IMG/VR virus record: IMGVR_UViG_3300026820_000001
Coordinates: 1-54,707 of that record
From: a virus
Taxonomy: Duplodnaviria; Caudoviricetes
Direction: 5' to 3' (one strand)
Length of the DNA stretch: 54,707 bases
Positions 36,918 through 46,043 of this stretch are shown piece after piece (position 1 is the stretch's first letter; the number at the start of each line of letters is the position of its first letter). The notes under the pieces are model-generated. The model was not told the origin of the DNA. It saw nothing but the letters and a program-made list of their open reading frames with translations, and did not search any database. The position numbers were made by a program, and so were the translations under genes.

Positions 36918-36944
36918 AAAAGGCCCGGGTTTTAGGCCCGGGCC
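36918..36944 (-). terminator. Intrinsic terminator after the vWA gene
   Basis: GGCCCGGG-7 nt-CCCGGGCC followed by TTTT. Confidence 0.75.
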
Positions 36945-36971
36945 GTGGGAGGCTGCGCAGAATGCGCGGGT

Positions 36972-38384
36972 TTAGTTGTCGTGCGGGTCAGAGCAACTAA
37001 ACTCAAACCGGGCGAGGGCAGCGTCTGAATTGCCGATTACCTCGATGGAGCCGTCCTGGACACCACGAGTAACAATTTCGTGGGCGCGATGGTGGCTTTC
37101 TTTCGTGTTCCCGTTGAAACCAAGGTCGCTAATGAAGATCAGAGGCTCGGCTGAACCTTGATCTGCGCGACACTTGAGGGCGTAGCGCAAGGCTAATTCA
37201 TCGCAGACGTTGCCCTGATGGACATCGGGGAGGGGAATGGAATCATCTAAGCGCCGCCCGTCCTTGGCATAGATTACGATTCTGGCCCACTCACCGTTGC
37301 AATCATCGCCTGAATAATAGATCACGGTTGAGGCTGGCGATGCTTTGCAAAGGCGGCGCAACATGTCGGCGCTTAGGTGCATGGAACCGGAGGCGTCAAG
37401 CAAGACTACGCCGGAGGGCGAGGGTTGGGATGTTCGGATGAAGGGTGAACTGCAAGGAATGCCGATGCCGATGGGGACAAGGGCAGAACGGCGCAACCGA
37501 TAACCAGATGAACCGTAGGATTCCAAGGGCTCTCCGTCTAAGCCTAGGTCACAAGGACAGGTGAGGGGAGGCCGCACGATCTTTACCTCCGGTCCGATGC
37601 CCTCGCCATGAGTGCCCTCGCCATGAGTTGTCATGCCGTAACGGGAATCGTCTTCCGGTTGCTCATAGTCCGGGTCCATTTCATCGAATGGGGGAAGATC
37701 GGGCTGTGGCAAGTCCAGTTTGGGCAATGGGGTAGGTCTCATGGCTTGGATTGCCTTGTGACGGGCATCGGCCAAGCGCCCATGCTGTAAATCCCGGGCG
37801 AGATTGCCTAGGGAAACGTTAAGGATGGTGTCGCAGTCCTTCAAGAGCTTGGCTGCGCGTTCTGCGCAGAGCGTGGTTGAAAAAGCCCGTGGTTTGGCCA
37901 GTGAGATAGCCCGTAAGCTGACGTTGAATAGGTGAGTCTTGACGTAATTCCGCATACTGGGGTGTGTGTCCTTGGATTGCAGGATGGGTTTAGCGTGACG
38001 ATAGGCTCTGCGCGTTTCGCGCAGAACGGTGGCAGCCGCGTCGCGTAGAACGGACAAAGGGCGCTTTTCCCAAACGGGCATAGTTGAGATGAAAGAGTCT
38101 TCCAAAGCGTTAAAGGTTTGGAAGATGTTATCGTCAGTCATCCCCTCTTTACGGGCTTCCGTGATAAACCGGCGCTTGTGATCTTTAGGTGTGTGATAAC
38201 GCAAGTGGTCGGCTTCGTGAAGCCTCACGGTACGTCCCCGGGCATTTAGGGCAGGCTCGAATCCGGCTTGAATGGTGCCGTCAGGATTACGCTGGACTGC
38301 GCCAGCGCAACCGTTAGGAGGGGGAAGAAACTTTGTGATCTTATCCTCACAACGGCTCTGGAAGATTTTGTTGATTGGAATCAT
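36972..38384 (-). CDS. vWA-domain protein with N-terminal HExxH motif (AAA partner)
   Basis: LHEADH; Pro/acidic linker; MIDAS VLLDASGSM; FISDLG. Confidence 0.85.
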   Translation of the reverse strand: MIPINKIFQSRCEDKITKFLPPPNGCAGAVQRNPDGTIQAGFEPALNARGRTVRLHEADHLRYHTPKDHKRRFITEARKEGMTDDNIFQTFNALEDSFISTMPVWEKRPLSVLRDAAATVLRETRRAYRHAKPILQSKDTHPSMRNYVKTHLFNVSLRAISLAKPRAFSTTLCAERAAKLLKDCDTILNVSLGNLARDLQHGRLADARHKAIQAMRPTPLPKLDLPQPDLPPFDEMDPDYEQPEDDSRYGMTTHGEGTHGEGIGPEVKIVRPPLTCPCDLGLDGEPLESYGSSGYRLRRSALVPIGIGIPCSSPFIRTSQPSPSGVVLLDASGSMHLSADMLRRLCKASPASTVIYYSGDDCNGEWARIVIYAKDGRRLDDSIPLPDVHQGNVCDELALRYALKCRADQGSAEPLIFISDLGFNGNTKESHHRAHEIVTRGVQDGSIEVIGNSDAALARFEFSCSDPHDN

Positions 38385-38401
38385 AGGATTAAAAGGAAAT
38401 T

Positions 38402-38425
38402 GGGGCGCAGAAACAAAAGCGCCCC
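38402..38425 (-). terminator. Hairpin between the AAA and vWA genes
   Basis: GGGGCGC-10 nt-GCGCCCC followed by AATTTCCTTTT. Confidence 0.5.
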
Positions 38426-38442
38426 GTGGTTAGGTCTATGGG

Positions 38443-39183
38443 TTAAGCTTTCTGGTTATTGGCCAGGGCAGAGATGAATTCAGCCGCTCCGTCATGGAAA
38501 ACCAGACGGGCCGCAGTATCGGCGCAACCGTAGCAATCGGCCAGAATGGAGAACGTGCGCAACGCCGACACTGAAAGCTCAAATTTGATTTGCGGAGGGG
38601 TCAGAGCTTTTTGCCAGTTCACGACAATGGACCGATGCTCCGGCTTGAGGCTGTTGAGAGCCTCCGGGTGTGCCTGACCGCAGAAGAGTTTTAACTGGAA
38701 TCGGCGTTGCAACGCGGGCGAGAAGGCGTTAGGGGTTGCGTTTGTCGTGGCGATAGCAATAAACCCGGGCGAGGGTTTAATGACTGTCCCGTCAGGCAAT
38801 CGGACTTCCGCAATGCTTTCATCATCAAGGACGGAGTGCCAGATGGAATCATGCGCCGGGTTGCGCATGTCAAACTCGTCAGCTAACAGTAAAGCGCCCT
38901 CCTTCATTGCCTTCACGATTGGACCGGGGACGAATTGAGTAACGGGGCTGCCCGTTGGACCGGGAACCAACAGAAACGATCCAAGCAAATCTTCAATACC
39001 TTGCTGTCTACTACACTGGACGCGGTAGACTTCACCATCCGGGCGAATTTTGCTAGCCGTCGTGGTTTTGCCCGTGTCTGGCGGCCCGTAAAGAAGGATT
39101 CTGTTTAGACCCGCTTCGATTACGGCTGCCAGAACATCGTTCCACACTAGACTGATTTTGGCTTTAGCTTGTGCTGTGCTCAT
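38443..39183 (-). CDS. MoxR/CbbQ/CobS-like AAA+ ATPase
   Basis: LLYGPPDTGKT, LLADEFD, IATTN, ALQRRF. Confidence 0.92.
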   Translation of the reverse strand: MSTAQAKAKISLVWNDVLAAVIEAGLNRILLYGPPDTGKTTTASKIRPDGEVYRVQCSRQQGIEDLLGSFLLVPGPTGSPVTQFVPGPIVKAMKEGALLLADEFDMRNPAHDSIWHSVLDDESIAEVRLPDGTVIKPSPGFIAIATTNATPNAFSPALQRRFQLKLFCGQAHPEALNSLKPEHRSIVVNWQKALTPPQIKFELSVSALRTFSILADCYGCADTAARLVFHDGAAEFISALANNQKA

Positions 39184-39573
39184 GTTTTGTCTTTAGCGCA
39201 TGCTGCGCATCGGCCGCGTTATGCGGAGGATTCGCGATGCAGCACTCATGCTGGACAGGATTAAATCACAAAGCCGGTTCTAGAGATAGTCCGTAGTTAT
39301 ACGGACAAGCCTAGGCAAACTGGGGGAAGTGTGAGAGGTTAAGTAGATGCAGTCATCTCACCAGAGACCGGGAAAGAGCGAAAGAGCCAGTGTGCGCGGT
39401 GTGCGCGGTTGAGACCGCATGCTGCGCAATGGTGCGCAATGGTGCGGGTTGGCATCGGGCCGCGCATGCCCGGGTTGCGCGGGCTGGCGGAGCGCCGGCT
39501 CTTTCCTAAAGCAAATCGCTGAGTTGGTGAAGATCGGTGCGATCCAGGGGGCGCTGTGGAAATGGAACTTTGC

Positions 39574-39744
39574 CTACCCTTTGCCTATGGAAGCCCTTTG
39601 CTTACTGGGCCAGCGAGAGGCGCGGGCTTTTTCAAGATTGGCTTTCATCGCGGCCAGCTTAGCCTTGCTCTTGCTCTTGCCGCCTTTCTTACCTTGAAGC
39701 CTGAAATAGTCGCTCAAGACCCCATTTTTAGCGTTGGACTTCAT
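39574..39744 (-). CDS. Small basic KGG-motif protein
   Basis: YFRLQGKKGGKSKSKAKLAA...N..KAR..RW; has its own promoter. Confidence 0.65.
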   Translation of the reverse strand: MKSNAKNGVLSDYFRLQGKKGGKSKSKAKLAAMKANLEKARASRWPSKQRASIGKG

Positions 39745-39757
39745 AAGTTTGTCCCTT

Positions 39758-39786
39758 ATTAAAAGGGCTTTGAGAGAAATAGTCAA
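39758..39786 (-). promoter_or_regulatory. Leftward promoter
   Basis: TTGACT-17 nt-TTTAAT, 13 nt before ATG 39744. Confidence 0.6.
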
Positions 39787-39793
39787 ATATCAC

Positions 39794-39821
39794 TTGCGTC
39801 TGGAAGCCGTTTTGATACGGT
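39794..39821 (+). promoter_or_regulatory. Possible rightward early promoter
   Basis: TTGCGT-16 nt-TACGGT, back to back with the leftward promoter. Confidence 0.35.
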
Positions 39822-39874
39822 ATGCCCCAAGCCGCAGTAAGCGGTGAAACAAAACAAACCTGAAAGGTTAACAA

Positions 39875-40045
39875 ATGAAAGCAACCGGACAGAAAGGAGA
39901 CCACACCGTTAAGTCGATGCAGGTGCGGTCTTGTGTTTGTTCCTCGGATTATCAGGACAAACGCTATGGCAAGGGCCAGAGGGCACACAATCCAACCTCT
40001 AAAGGGTGGCGCTGCACAGTTTGCGGCCGAGAGGAGGTCTTGTGA
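39875..40045 (+). CDS. Small zinc-finger protein (not in ORF track)
   Basis: 56 aa: CVC...YQDKRYGKG.RAHN...WRCTVCG. Confidence 0.75.
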   Translation: MKATGQKGDHTVKSMQVRSCVCSSDYQDKRYGKGQRAHNPTSKGWRCTVCGREEVL

Positions 40046-40305
40046 AACTAAGAGTTATCGGGCCAAACCAAACGGAAGTGGAGGTTGACGGAGTGTGCGT
40101 CTTCTTCAGCTACAACACCCCGGTAGCCGCCCAGGTGGGCCGGGAGTGGTTTAGGACGGCTATCAAGCACAGTTCGACCACAACCAAGCATATCAATACG
40201 TGGTTGGCGGGTAAGCCAGCGGTGAGCAAGGCCCAGGAGTTCTTTGATGGGCTTTTGTGCGCGGCCCCCAATCACGCCAATTATCTGGAAGGGAGGAAGC
40301 CATGA
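40042..40305 (+). CDS. Conserved phage early protein
   Basis: FFSYNTPVAA...SSTTTKHINTWL motif; GTGA coupling. Confidence 0.8.
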   Translation: MKLRVIGPNQTEVEVDGVCVFFSYNTPVAAQVGREWFRTAIKHSSTTTKHINTWLAGKPAVSKAQEFFDGLLCAAPNHANYLEGRKP

Positions 40306-40760
40306 ATAAGCAAACCATCCTAAACCGAATTAAGAAGCATTTCCCCCAAGTCAAGGACGTGGTGGATGCGGCCAAGCCGGTCTTCATCGAAGTTCTCCCA
40401 GAGGACGGGCGCACTGGGCGCAAGAAAGACCCGGAAGGCTGCGCGTTTGCCAGGGCTTGCTTGAGGAAGCACTTGGCTGATGGCTGCATCATCGGGATCG
40501 CTTATTCCTATCTCATCAAGGGTTCAGTGGCTACCCGCTACATGACCCCTGGCACGGTGGGAAGGGAAATAACGTCCTTCGACCGGCACCAGGACTTTGC
40601 CGAGGGCCAAAACTACCGGCTTAGCGCCGTTACGCCGTCGGCCAGATTGGAAGTAAAGCGAAAGCGCAGACGTGGAGTCGAAAACGGCAGCAAAGCCGAC
40701 ATTGACATTGACAGCCGTCGGCGTCATCACACCAGTCGAATCCGAGTAAGCGGAGTCTAA
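40302..40760 (+). CDS. Hypothetical protein
   Basis: ATGA coupling; KKDPEGCAFARAC, basic C-terminus. Confidence 0.75.
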   Translation: MNKQTILNRIKKHFPQVKDVVDAAKPVFIEVLPEDGRTGRKKDPEGCAFARACLRKHLADGCIIGIAYSYLIKGSVATRYMTPGTVGREITSFDRHQDFAEGQNYRLSAVTPSARLEVKRKRRRGVENGSKADIDIDSRRRHHTSRIRVSGV

Positions 40761-40765
40761 AGCCT

Positions 40766-41278
40766 ATGATTGCTATGAATGCTAACACTATGGACAGCAT
40801 GAGTCTACGCGAGATATGCGCGCAATGGAAACCTTACACCGAGGACTTGCGAAAGGCGGTCAAGGCTTTCCTGGATGACCGACCAGGCGAGACCAAAATC
40901 TATTGGCAGACGTTCCTTAAACTCAACCCGGCCCTGGCTGGGGAACTGGGAATTGACCCGGAAGGCCATTGGGACAAGAAACTGGCCAATGCCCTGTCCT
41001 TCTTCTATGCCTACCACGTCACCGGGACGCGGAAAGAGCGGGATCTAAAGCGTCGGAAGCAATGGCGGGAACAGAAGCGGGAGAGCAATGCCCGGCTGGC
41101 GGCAGGAGTAAGGCGCAAGCTTCACCACACCCGCATCAAGCCGATCATCGCTCGGCGTGAGGATCTGGACGAGCCAGCGGTGAACCCGGTGCCAGAGGCC
41201 AGCAATGGGGCAGGGCTGCGCGGCACCCTCCTGCGCACCATTGAGCAGTTGCAATCGCTGCTCAAGGCTATCGAATAA
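40766..41278 (+). CDS. Hypothetical basic protein
   Basis: 170-aa ORF in the operon. Confidence 0.7.
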   Translation: MIAMNANTMDSMSLREICAQWKPYTEDLRKAVKAFLDDRPGETKIYWQTFLKLNPALAGELGIDPEGHWDKKLANALSFFYAYHVTGTRKERDLKRRKQWREQKRESNARLAAGVRRKLHHTRIKPIIARREDLDEPAVNPVPEASNGAGLRGTLLRTIEQLQSLLKAIE

Positions 41279-41329
41279 CCGTCCTTAGAACACGGCAGGC
41301 TTAAAGGGCCTGCCCTTTCTGCGGACTTT

Positions 41330-41500
41330 ATGAACCAAAACCTGCGCTTGATGCGCAAAAAGGCCCGGATCAGCCTCAAGGCGCTGGCCGCTGAGATGGG
41401 CATCTCGCCCGCCAAACTGGCCTATATCGAACGCTGGCCCTTGGCGTCGCCGACCTGGGCCGACAAGTATGTCGAGGCCCTTACTCGCCTAACCGCATGA
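41330..41500 (+). CDS. XRE/Cro-like HTH regulator (not in ORF track)
   Basis: 56 aa: LRLMRKKARISLKALAAEMGISPAKLAYIER. Confidence 0.8.
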   Translation: MNQNLRLMRKKARISLKALAAEMGISPAKLAYIERWPLASPTWADKYVEALTRLTA

Positions 41501-41781
41501 AAGTCATTGCCACTGAGTTCGTTAAGAGCGGATTCGTCCACAAAGTCATTGATCGTCGTGGCAATGTGCTGTTAGTCGAGCGCAGGCACGCCGATGTAGA
41601 CCATCCGCATTGGGAGGTAGTCCGCATCACACAAAACCCGGAAAGATTGCTCTACGGCCGAATGGTTGAGGCGCACGAGGCCTTCCCGCCAGCCGAGGCA
41701 TGGGGCACGCATGGCTGGACCTACACCACGTTGGAGGATGCCCGAGCCAAGTTTGATTCACTAACTACAAAACCATTATGA
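41497..41781 (+). CDS. Hypothetical phage protein
   Basis: EAFPPAEAWGTHGWTY; ATGA coupling. Confidence 0.75.
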   Translation: MKVIATEFVKSGFVHKVIDRRGNVLLVERRHADVDHPHWEVVRITQNPERLLYGRMVEAHEAFPPAEAWGTHGWTYTTLEDARAKFDSLTTKPL

Positions 41782-43235
41782 CTGACGCAATTGACATTGA
41801 GCACAATCAACAAGCCGTCCAGGGCATCAAGGTGCGCGGCCCAGAAATAGAGCCAATGCTGGCTTTGGTCGAGCGGGCGACCCGCGACCAGACCGTGGGC
41901 GTAGAGAAAATGGAGAAGCTCCTGGCCATGGCTGAAAGGCTCCAGGCTAAGCGGGCCGAAAGCGAGTACGACCAAGCCATGAATGCGGCTCAATCTGAAA
42001 TGTTGCCGGTAGCCCGGGATAGCGATAACCCGCAGACCCGTAGCCGTTACGTGTCGTATGGGGCGCTTGACCGGGCTGTCCGGCCTATCTACACCGCCCA
42101 TGGCTTTAGCCTGTCCTTCGGTACTCGAGCAACCGGACCAGACCGCGTGACCATTACCTGCCGAGTAAGCCACCGAGCCGGCCACACCGAGCGCGTCGAG
42201 ATTGAGATGCCCGCCGATGGCAAGGGCGCTAAGGGCGGGGATGTTCAAACCCGAACCCACGCAACTGGTTCAGCCGTAAGCTACGGCATGAGGTACTTGC
42301 TCAAGATGATCTTCAACATCGCGGTGGGCGAATACGACGATGACGGCAGCGCGGCAAGCCCCAAGAGGACCGCGACACCGTTCAAGCGCGCCGAATCAGC
42401 CCAACCGGGTAAGGTTCCAAGAGTACCGGGCAAGGTTAAGCCGGCCCAATCTGAGCCGGTGAGCGGTAAGGGCCTGTTGGCGGTCCTGGACGTCTTCCAG
42501 GAGCGTTGTAAGGCCAAGTTGGTAGAGAAGGCCAAGAGCGACCATGAGAACGCCCCATATTGGCAGCGGTACGCCGTGGACCGTGGATGGATCCTCCCGA
42601 CCGAAGGCATTGAGGCGATTATGGGTAATGCGACCCAAGTCTTCGTCCTTGACCGGACCAAAGACATCAGCGGCAACTCAGCCGCCGTCCAAGAACAGTT
42701 CCTGGCCCACGAAAAGGCCGTTAGGTCGTTGGCCATAGAGCTTAAAGGTGGAGATGTGGATGAACCGGATGAACCTGTCAGCATTGCCGGAACCAAGGAC
42801 GCCTCGGCCCAGGGCTGCCCCAATTGCGGGCATAAGGCGGTCATTATGTCCAAGGACTTCGACGGTATCCTAGTCTGCCAAGCCTGTGCATGGCAATGGG
42901 ATGTGCAGACTGGCGACTATTTTGAGGAACATGAATGGCAGAAAGTCATCTGTCCCATCCCGCCACCCGGAACGACAAAGAAGGAATACGACCGGCAACC
43001 GATGACGCTGGGGCAGGTGTTCCGCGTGGACAACAAGAGGGCTTATGGCCTTGTGATGAACAACAGCGAGGCCAAGGCTAGGTTAGGCCGAGATTGGAAG
43101 GGCAAGCACTACGCCCCGTCAGACGCCGACATTGCCTTCGGGCGGGCTTGCGACCAAGCCCGGGCCCACCTAGAACAAGCCAAGGAGCAGGACAGCGGCG
43201 AAGACCCCAACCCCTACGACGACATGTCCCCTTGA
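41778..43235 (+). CDS. erf: ERF-family ssDNA-annealing protein with long C-terminal extension
   Basis: AQSEM..V......SRY, HGFSLSF, H..GH, GSAVSYGMRY.L..IFNI...DDDG; later CPNCG...CQAC. Confidence 0.88.
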   Translation: MTDAIDIEHNQQAVQGIKVRGPEIEPMLALVERATRDQTVGVEKMEKLLAMAERLQAKRAESEYDQAMNAAQSEMLPVARDSDNPQTRSRYVSYGALDRAVRPIYTAHGFSLSFGTRATGPDRVTITCRVSHRAGHTERVEIEMPADGKGAKGGDVQTRTHATGSAVSYGMRYLLKMIFNIAVGEYDDDGSAASPKRTATPFKRAESAQPGKVPRVPGKVKPAQSEPVSGKGLLAVLDVFQERCKAKLVEKAKSDHENAPYWQRYAVDRGWILPTEGIEAIMGNATQVFVLDRTKDISGNSAAVQEQFLAHEKAVRSLAIELKGGDVDEPDEPVSIAGTKDASAQGCPNCGHKAVIMSKDFDGILVCQACAWQWDVQTGDYFEEHEWQKVICPIPPPGTTKKEYDRQPMTLGQVFRVDNKRAYGLVMNNSEAKARLGRDWKGKHYAPSDADIAFGRACDQARAHLEQAKEQDSGEDPNPYDDMSP

Positions 43236-43238
43236 CCT

Positions 43239-43562
43239 ATGGTAACCAAACAAGACCTAATCGAGTACGACCTGACCCACGAGCACGGCGGCAATGGCTT
43301 TGCCATGGTCGAGGACATCGACTCGGAGTATTGCCGGGTGGTGCGCGTCGGAACCCCGATCACTCAGGCATTGCTGGCTTGGAAGCAAAAGCTGCGGGTG
43401 ACAACCATGGCCAAGGACAAGGACAGCCTGCCCGAACCTCGGACGTTGGCGTTCTCATCGCGGTTCTGCCAAGGGTTCATGGAGGAATTGGCCAACCTTC
43501 GGCGCGACCTCAAGGCCGGCAAGTTGATCGTGAAAGAAACCCGAATCGTCAAGAATCCATGA
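43239..43562 (+). CDS. Hypothetical protein
   Basis: 107-aa ORF between erf and the exonuclease. Confidence 0.65.
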   Translation: MVTKQDLIEYDLTHEHGGNGFAMVEDIDSEYCRVVRVGTPITQALLAWKQKLRVTTMAKDKDSLPEPRTLAFSSRFCQGFMEELANLRRDLKAGKLIVKETRIVKNP

Positions 43563-44371
43563 GTCATTTCTACACGCCTGATGGCCAATTGGTTGACGGG
43601 CTGAAGGCAGCCCGCGTATGTTCGGCCCTACCAAGCCCCACGACGGTCCTTGGCCTAATCAAAGGCGAAGGTCTGATTCAATACTTCAAGCGGAGCATGT
43701 TCGAAGCGGCTGTGACAACGCCCCGTCGGCCCGAATGGACAGATGCCGAGTTCTACGATGCCTGCGTGAAATGGTCTGAGGAACATAGCCTCGCGGCACG
43801 GGACAAAGGTCTAGCCCTGCACAAGATCATCCAGGAATTTCATCAGGCCGTGGTGCACGTGCGGCCCTACCCTGAGGTCATGGCGGCAATCGCCACCCCC
43901 GAACTGCGCGATGGTTTTGACCTATACCTGCGCTGGTACGAGAAATGGGTCAGAAAGACCCTCGCGGTGGAGCAGTTCGTGGTGGGCCAAGGCTACGCTG
44001 GCCGGGAGGACCATTGGTGCGTATTGCAGGATGGCAGGACGGCTTTGGTCGATGTAAAAACGCAGGACATTTCGAAGCGCAAAAGGTTCAACTTTTACAT
44101 CCTATGGGCTTTGCAGCTTGGTGGTTACGCCGGGGCCTGCCCGCCCGACCAGCCCAGCCGCACCGTGGACTGTATCATCAGCATCGCTGTGTCCTCAACT
44201 GGCCCCGCCGCGCTGGAGGCCAAGGTCTGGGAGAAGCCGCCCTCGTACTATCATGGCCTGTTTCTGGGCTTATTGGCGGTATGGATGGAGGAAAACCAGT
44301 ACTGGCCGACGATTGACAAGTCTCTCACGGTTTTTATAGAGGCCATGAATAAAGCCCGGGAGACGCTATGA
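43559..44371 (+). CDS. PD-(D/E)XK exonuclease (recombination partner)
   Basis: PSPTTVL, G..LH, E, YAGRED, LVDVKT, QLGGY; real start MSHFY at 43559. Confidence 0.85.
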   Translation: MSHFYTPDGQLVDGLKAARVCSALPSPTTVLGLIKGEGLIQYFKRSMFEAAVTTPRRPEWTDAEFYDACVKWSEEHSLAARDKGLALHKIIQEFHQAVVHVRPYPEVMAAIATPELRDGFDLYLRWYEKWVRKTLAVEQFVVGQGYAGREDHWCVLQDGRTALVDVKTQDISKRKRFNFYILWALQLGGYAGACPPDQPSRTVDCIISIAVSSTGPAALEAKVWEKPPSYYHGLFLGLLAVWMEENQYWPTIDKSLTVFIEAMNKARETL

Positions 44372-44541
44372 GCGGCGAAATGTGGATCATCCTGATTGCC
44401 ATTGGTGGCAGCTTTATCGCTCAGAGCCTTCTGCTGTGGATGATCTACGACTTGGCCTGCGCAATTTTAGAGGCCATTTGCAGGATGCGCGATGAGCAAA
44501 GCGAGCAGAGACGCCGTGCGGCCAACAAGCCCCGTGAATAA
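44368..44541 (+). CDS. Small membrane protein (not in ORF track)
   Basis: 57 aa MSGEMWIILIAIGGSFIAQSLLLWMIY...; ATGA coupling. Confidence 0.6.
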   Translation: MSGEMWIILIAIGGSFIAQSLLLWMIYDLACAILEAICRMRDEQSEQRRRAANKPRE

Positions 44542-44546
44542 CCCTG

Positions 44547-44913
44547 TGAACAAGGCCAATAAGTCGTGAACACCTGCGATACGTGCAAGCATTGGGCCAA
44601 GCAAGCCAGTGAGAGCGTTGTGGGCCCACCGGGCGGCCCTCCAGAGATGACGATCATCAGCCTTTACCGCGAATGCGAGAACCCGAAGGTCAATGGCTCG
44701 CACCCGCTCCAAACCCACACCCCGGAGGGCGCTCGCCGGGCCTATGCTTGGCAGGTGGCCAAAGGTGCGGTTGCCCCTGAGCCGGACATCGAGACTGAGC
44801 AAAACCACACCGTGCCGCTAGACCAAGCGACCCCTGACGCATCGGACACGCACAACCTGTGCTTCCTGACCGGCCCTAAATTCGGCTGCATTCACCATGA
44901 ACAAGGCCAATAA
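44547..44913. repeat. 16-bp direct repeat TGAACAAGGCCAATAA (44547-44562 and 44898-44913)
   Basis: Exact copies bracket gene 44566..44913. Confidence 0.85.
44566..44913 (+). CDS. Cys-motif hypothetical protein
   Basis: CDTCKHW...C...TGPKFGCIHH. Confidence 0.75.
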   Translation: MNTCDTCKHWAKQASESVVGPPGGPPEMTIISLYRECENPKVNGSHPLQTHTPEGARRAYAWQVAKGAVAPEPDIETEQNHTVPLDQATPDASDTHNLCFLTGPKFGCIHHEQGQ

Positions 44914-44920
44914 CTTTTGC

Positions 44921-44949
44921 TTGTCTGCGTGGACGTAATCGTGGACAAT
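44921..44949 (+). promoter_or_regulatory. Promoter of the replication gene overlapped by iteron-like boxes
   Basis: TTGTCT-17 nt-GACAAT containing two CGTGGAC copies. Confidence 0.5.
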
Positions 44950-44957
44950 CATGCACC

Positions 44958-45848
44958 GTGAATGACAGGGCTTACGTGAAGCTTTTCTCATCAATTGTTA
45001 CCTCGTCAATGTGGTCTGAAGATCCGCCAACGCGGGTTGTGTGGGTGACCATGCTAACGCTCAAGGATAAGTTCCAAGAGGTCCACGCCTCTCTCCCCGG
45101 CTTGGCACGGGCAGCCAATGTGCCGCTGGCAGATGCAGAAGCAGCCATCAAGAAATTCCTGTCGCCTGACCCGTACTCGCGAACCAAGGAACACGAAGGC
45201 CGGCGAATCGAGGAAATTCCCGGAGGTTGGCGCATCCTGAACGGCGAGTATTACCGCAGACTCATGTCCATTGAGGAACGCCGGGAGTATAAGCGAATCA
45301 AGGAAGCGGAACGCCGAGCAAGGCTGCGTGCCCAAAACGTGGACAAAAGCGGACAAAGCGTGACAAAAAGTGGACAAATTTTGGCAGAGACAGAGACAGA
45401 GGCATATACAGAGGCAGAGCCATTAAAAACAACCACCAACCCCGGTTGGAGGAAAAGGCCCAAAGACCTGCAAATGGTCTTGGACAGGGCGGCCATCACT
45501 GGCTGTCCACCAGCCGAGGCTGAACGTTTCTGGCATCACTACGAGTCAAGTGGCTGGATAGACAAGAACGGTAACCCCGTGGTCAATTGGCAATCAAAGC
45601 TCGCCATTTGGGCAACCGACGCTCGGGCTCGGCCACTGGAGCAGGCGCACAAGGGACAGTCACCGCAATTGTCCAACGTGGACAAAAGCATTTTCTCGAA
45701 GGAATTCGACCGAGTAGAGGCGAGGATCAAGTCCATCAAGGATTCCTACGCGGAACACCAGACTTGCAGTAAACAGGACGCCGAGAGGCTCAGCGCACTC
45801 CGGGCCCGCCGGGATGAACTGAAGAAGCTTTTAGGCATGCAGGTATGA
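44958..45848 (+). CDS. Replication initiator / replisome organiser
   Basis: YVKLFSSI..SSMW N-domain, central iteron-encoded linker and ETETEA, C-domain FWHHYESSGW...NWQS...W. Confidence 0.85.
   Translation: MNDRAYVKLFSSIVTSSMWSEDPPTRVVWVTMLTLKDKFQEVHASLPGLARAANVPLADAEAAIKKFLSPDPYSRTKEHEGRRIEEIPGGWRILNGEYYRRLMSIEERREYKRIKEAERRARLRAQNVDKSGQSVTKSGQILAETETEAYTEAEPLKTTTNPGWRKRPKDLQMVLDRAAITGCPPAEAERFWHHYESSGWIDKNGNPVVNWQSKLAIWATDARARPLEQAHKGQSPQLSNVDKSIFSKEFDRVEARIKSIKDSYAEHQTCSKQDAERLSALRARRDELKKLLGMQV
45338..45420 (+). repeat. Putative replication origin iterons
   Basis: Four GGACAAA/TGACAAA units at about 10-nt period followed by CAGAG repeats inside the initiator gene. Confidence 0.7.
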
Positions 45849-46036
45849 AGCCCAAATCATTTAACATCTGGAAGGGTGTTAGCGGCGTCCTCCAGGTTAT
45901 CACAATTGCAGCCTTTGGGCTGATATTGCTTTACGCATTAAGCATTTACCCAAGACTGCTTATGGCGGTGGTTGGCAGCAGCTTACTGTTCATGCTCGGT
46001 ATGGTTTTTTACTCAAGTGGTTGCCAAGATAAATGA
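45845..46036 (+). CDS. Two-TM membrane protein
   Basis: Two hydrophobic stretches, ATGA coupling. Confidence 0.65.
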   Translation: MKPKSFNIWKGVSGVLQVITIAAFGLILLYALSIYPRLLMAVVGSSLLFMLGMVFYSSGCQDK

Positions 46037-46043
46037 ACGCAGT

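Noticed and set aside
38443-39183. ParA or helicase-loader identity for the ATPase
   Set aside because: Motifs and the vWA neighbour fit the MoxR/CbbQ clade, and there is no deviant Walker A.
39390-39450. Mini CRISPR array
   Set aside because: Repeats are 9-13 nt without unique spacers of suitable length.
43094-43558. N-terminal extension of the exonuclease ORF in the track
   Set aside because: Overlaps erf and 43239..43562; the coupled start at 43559 fits better.
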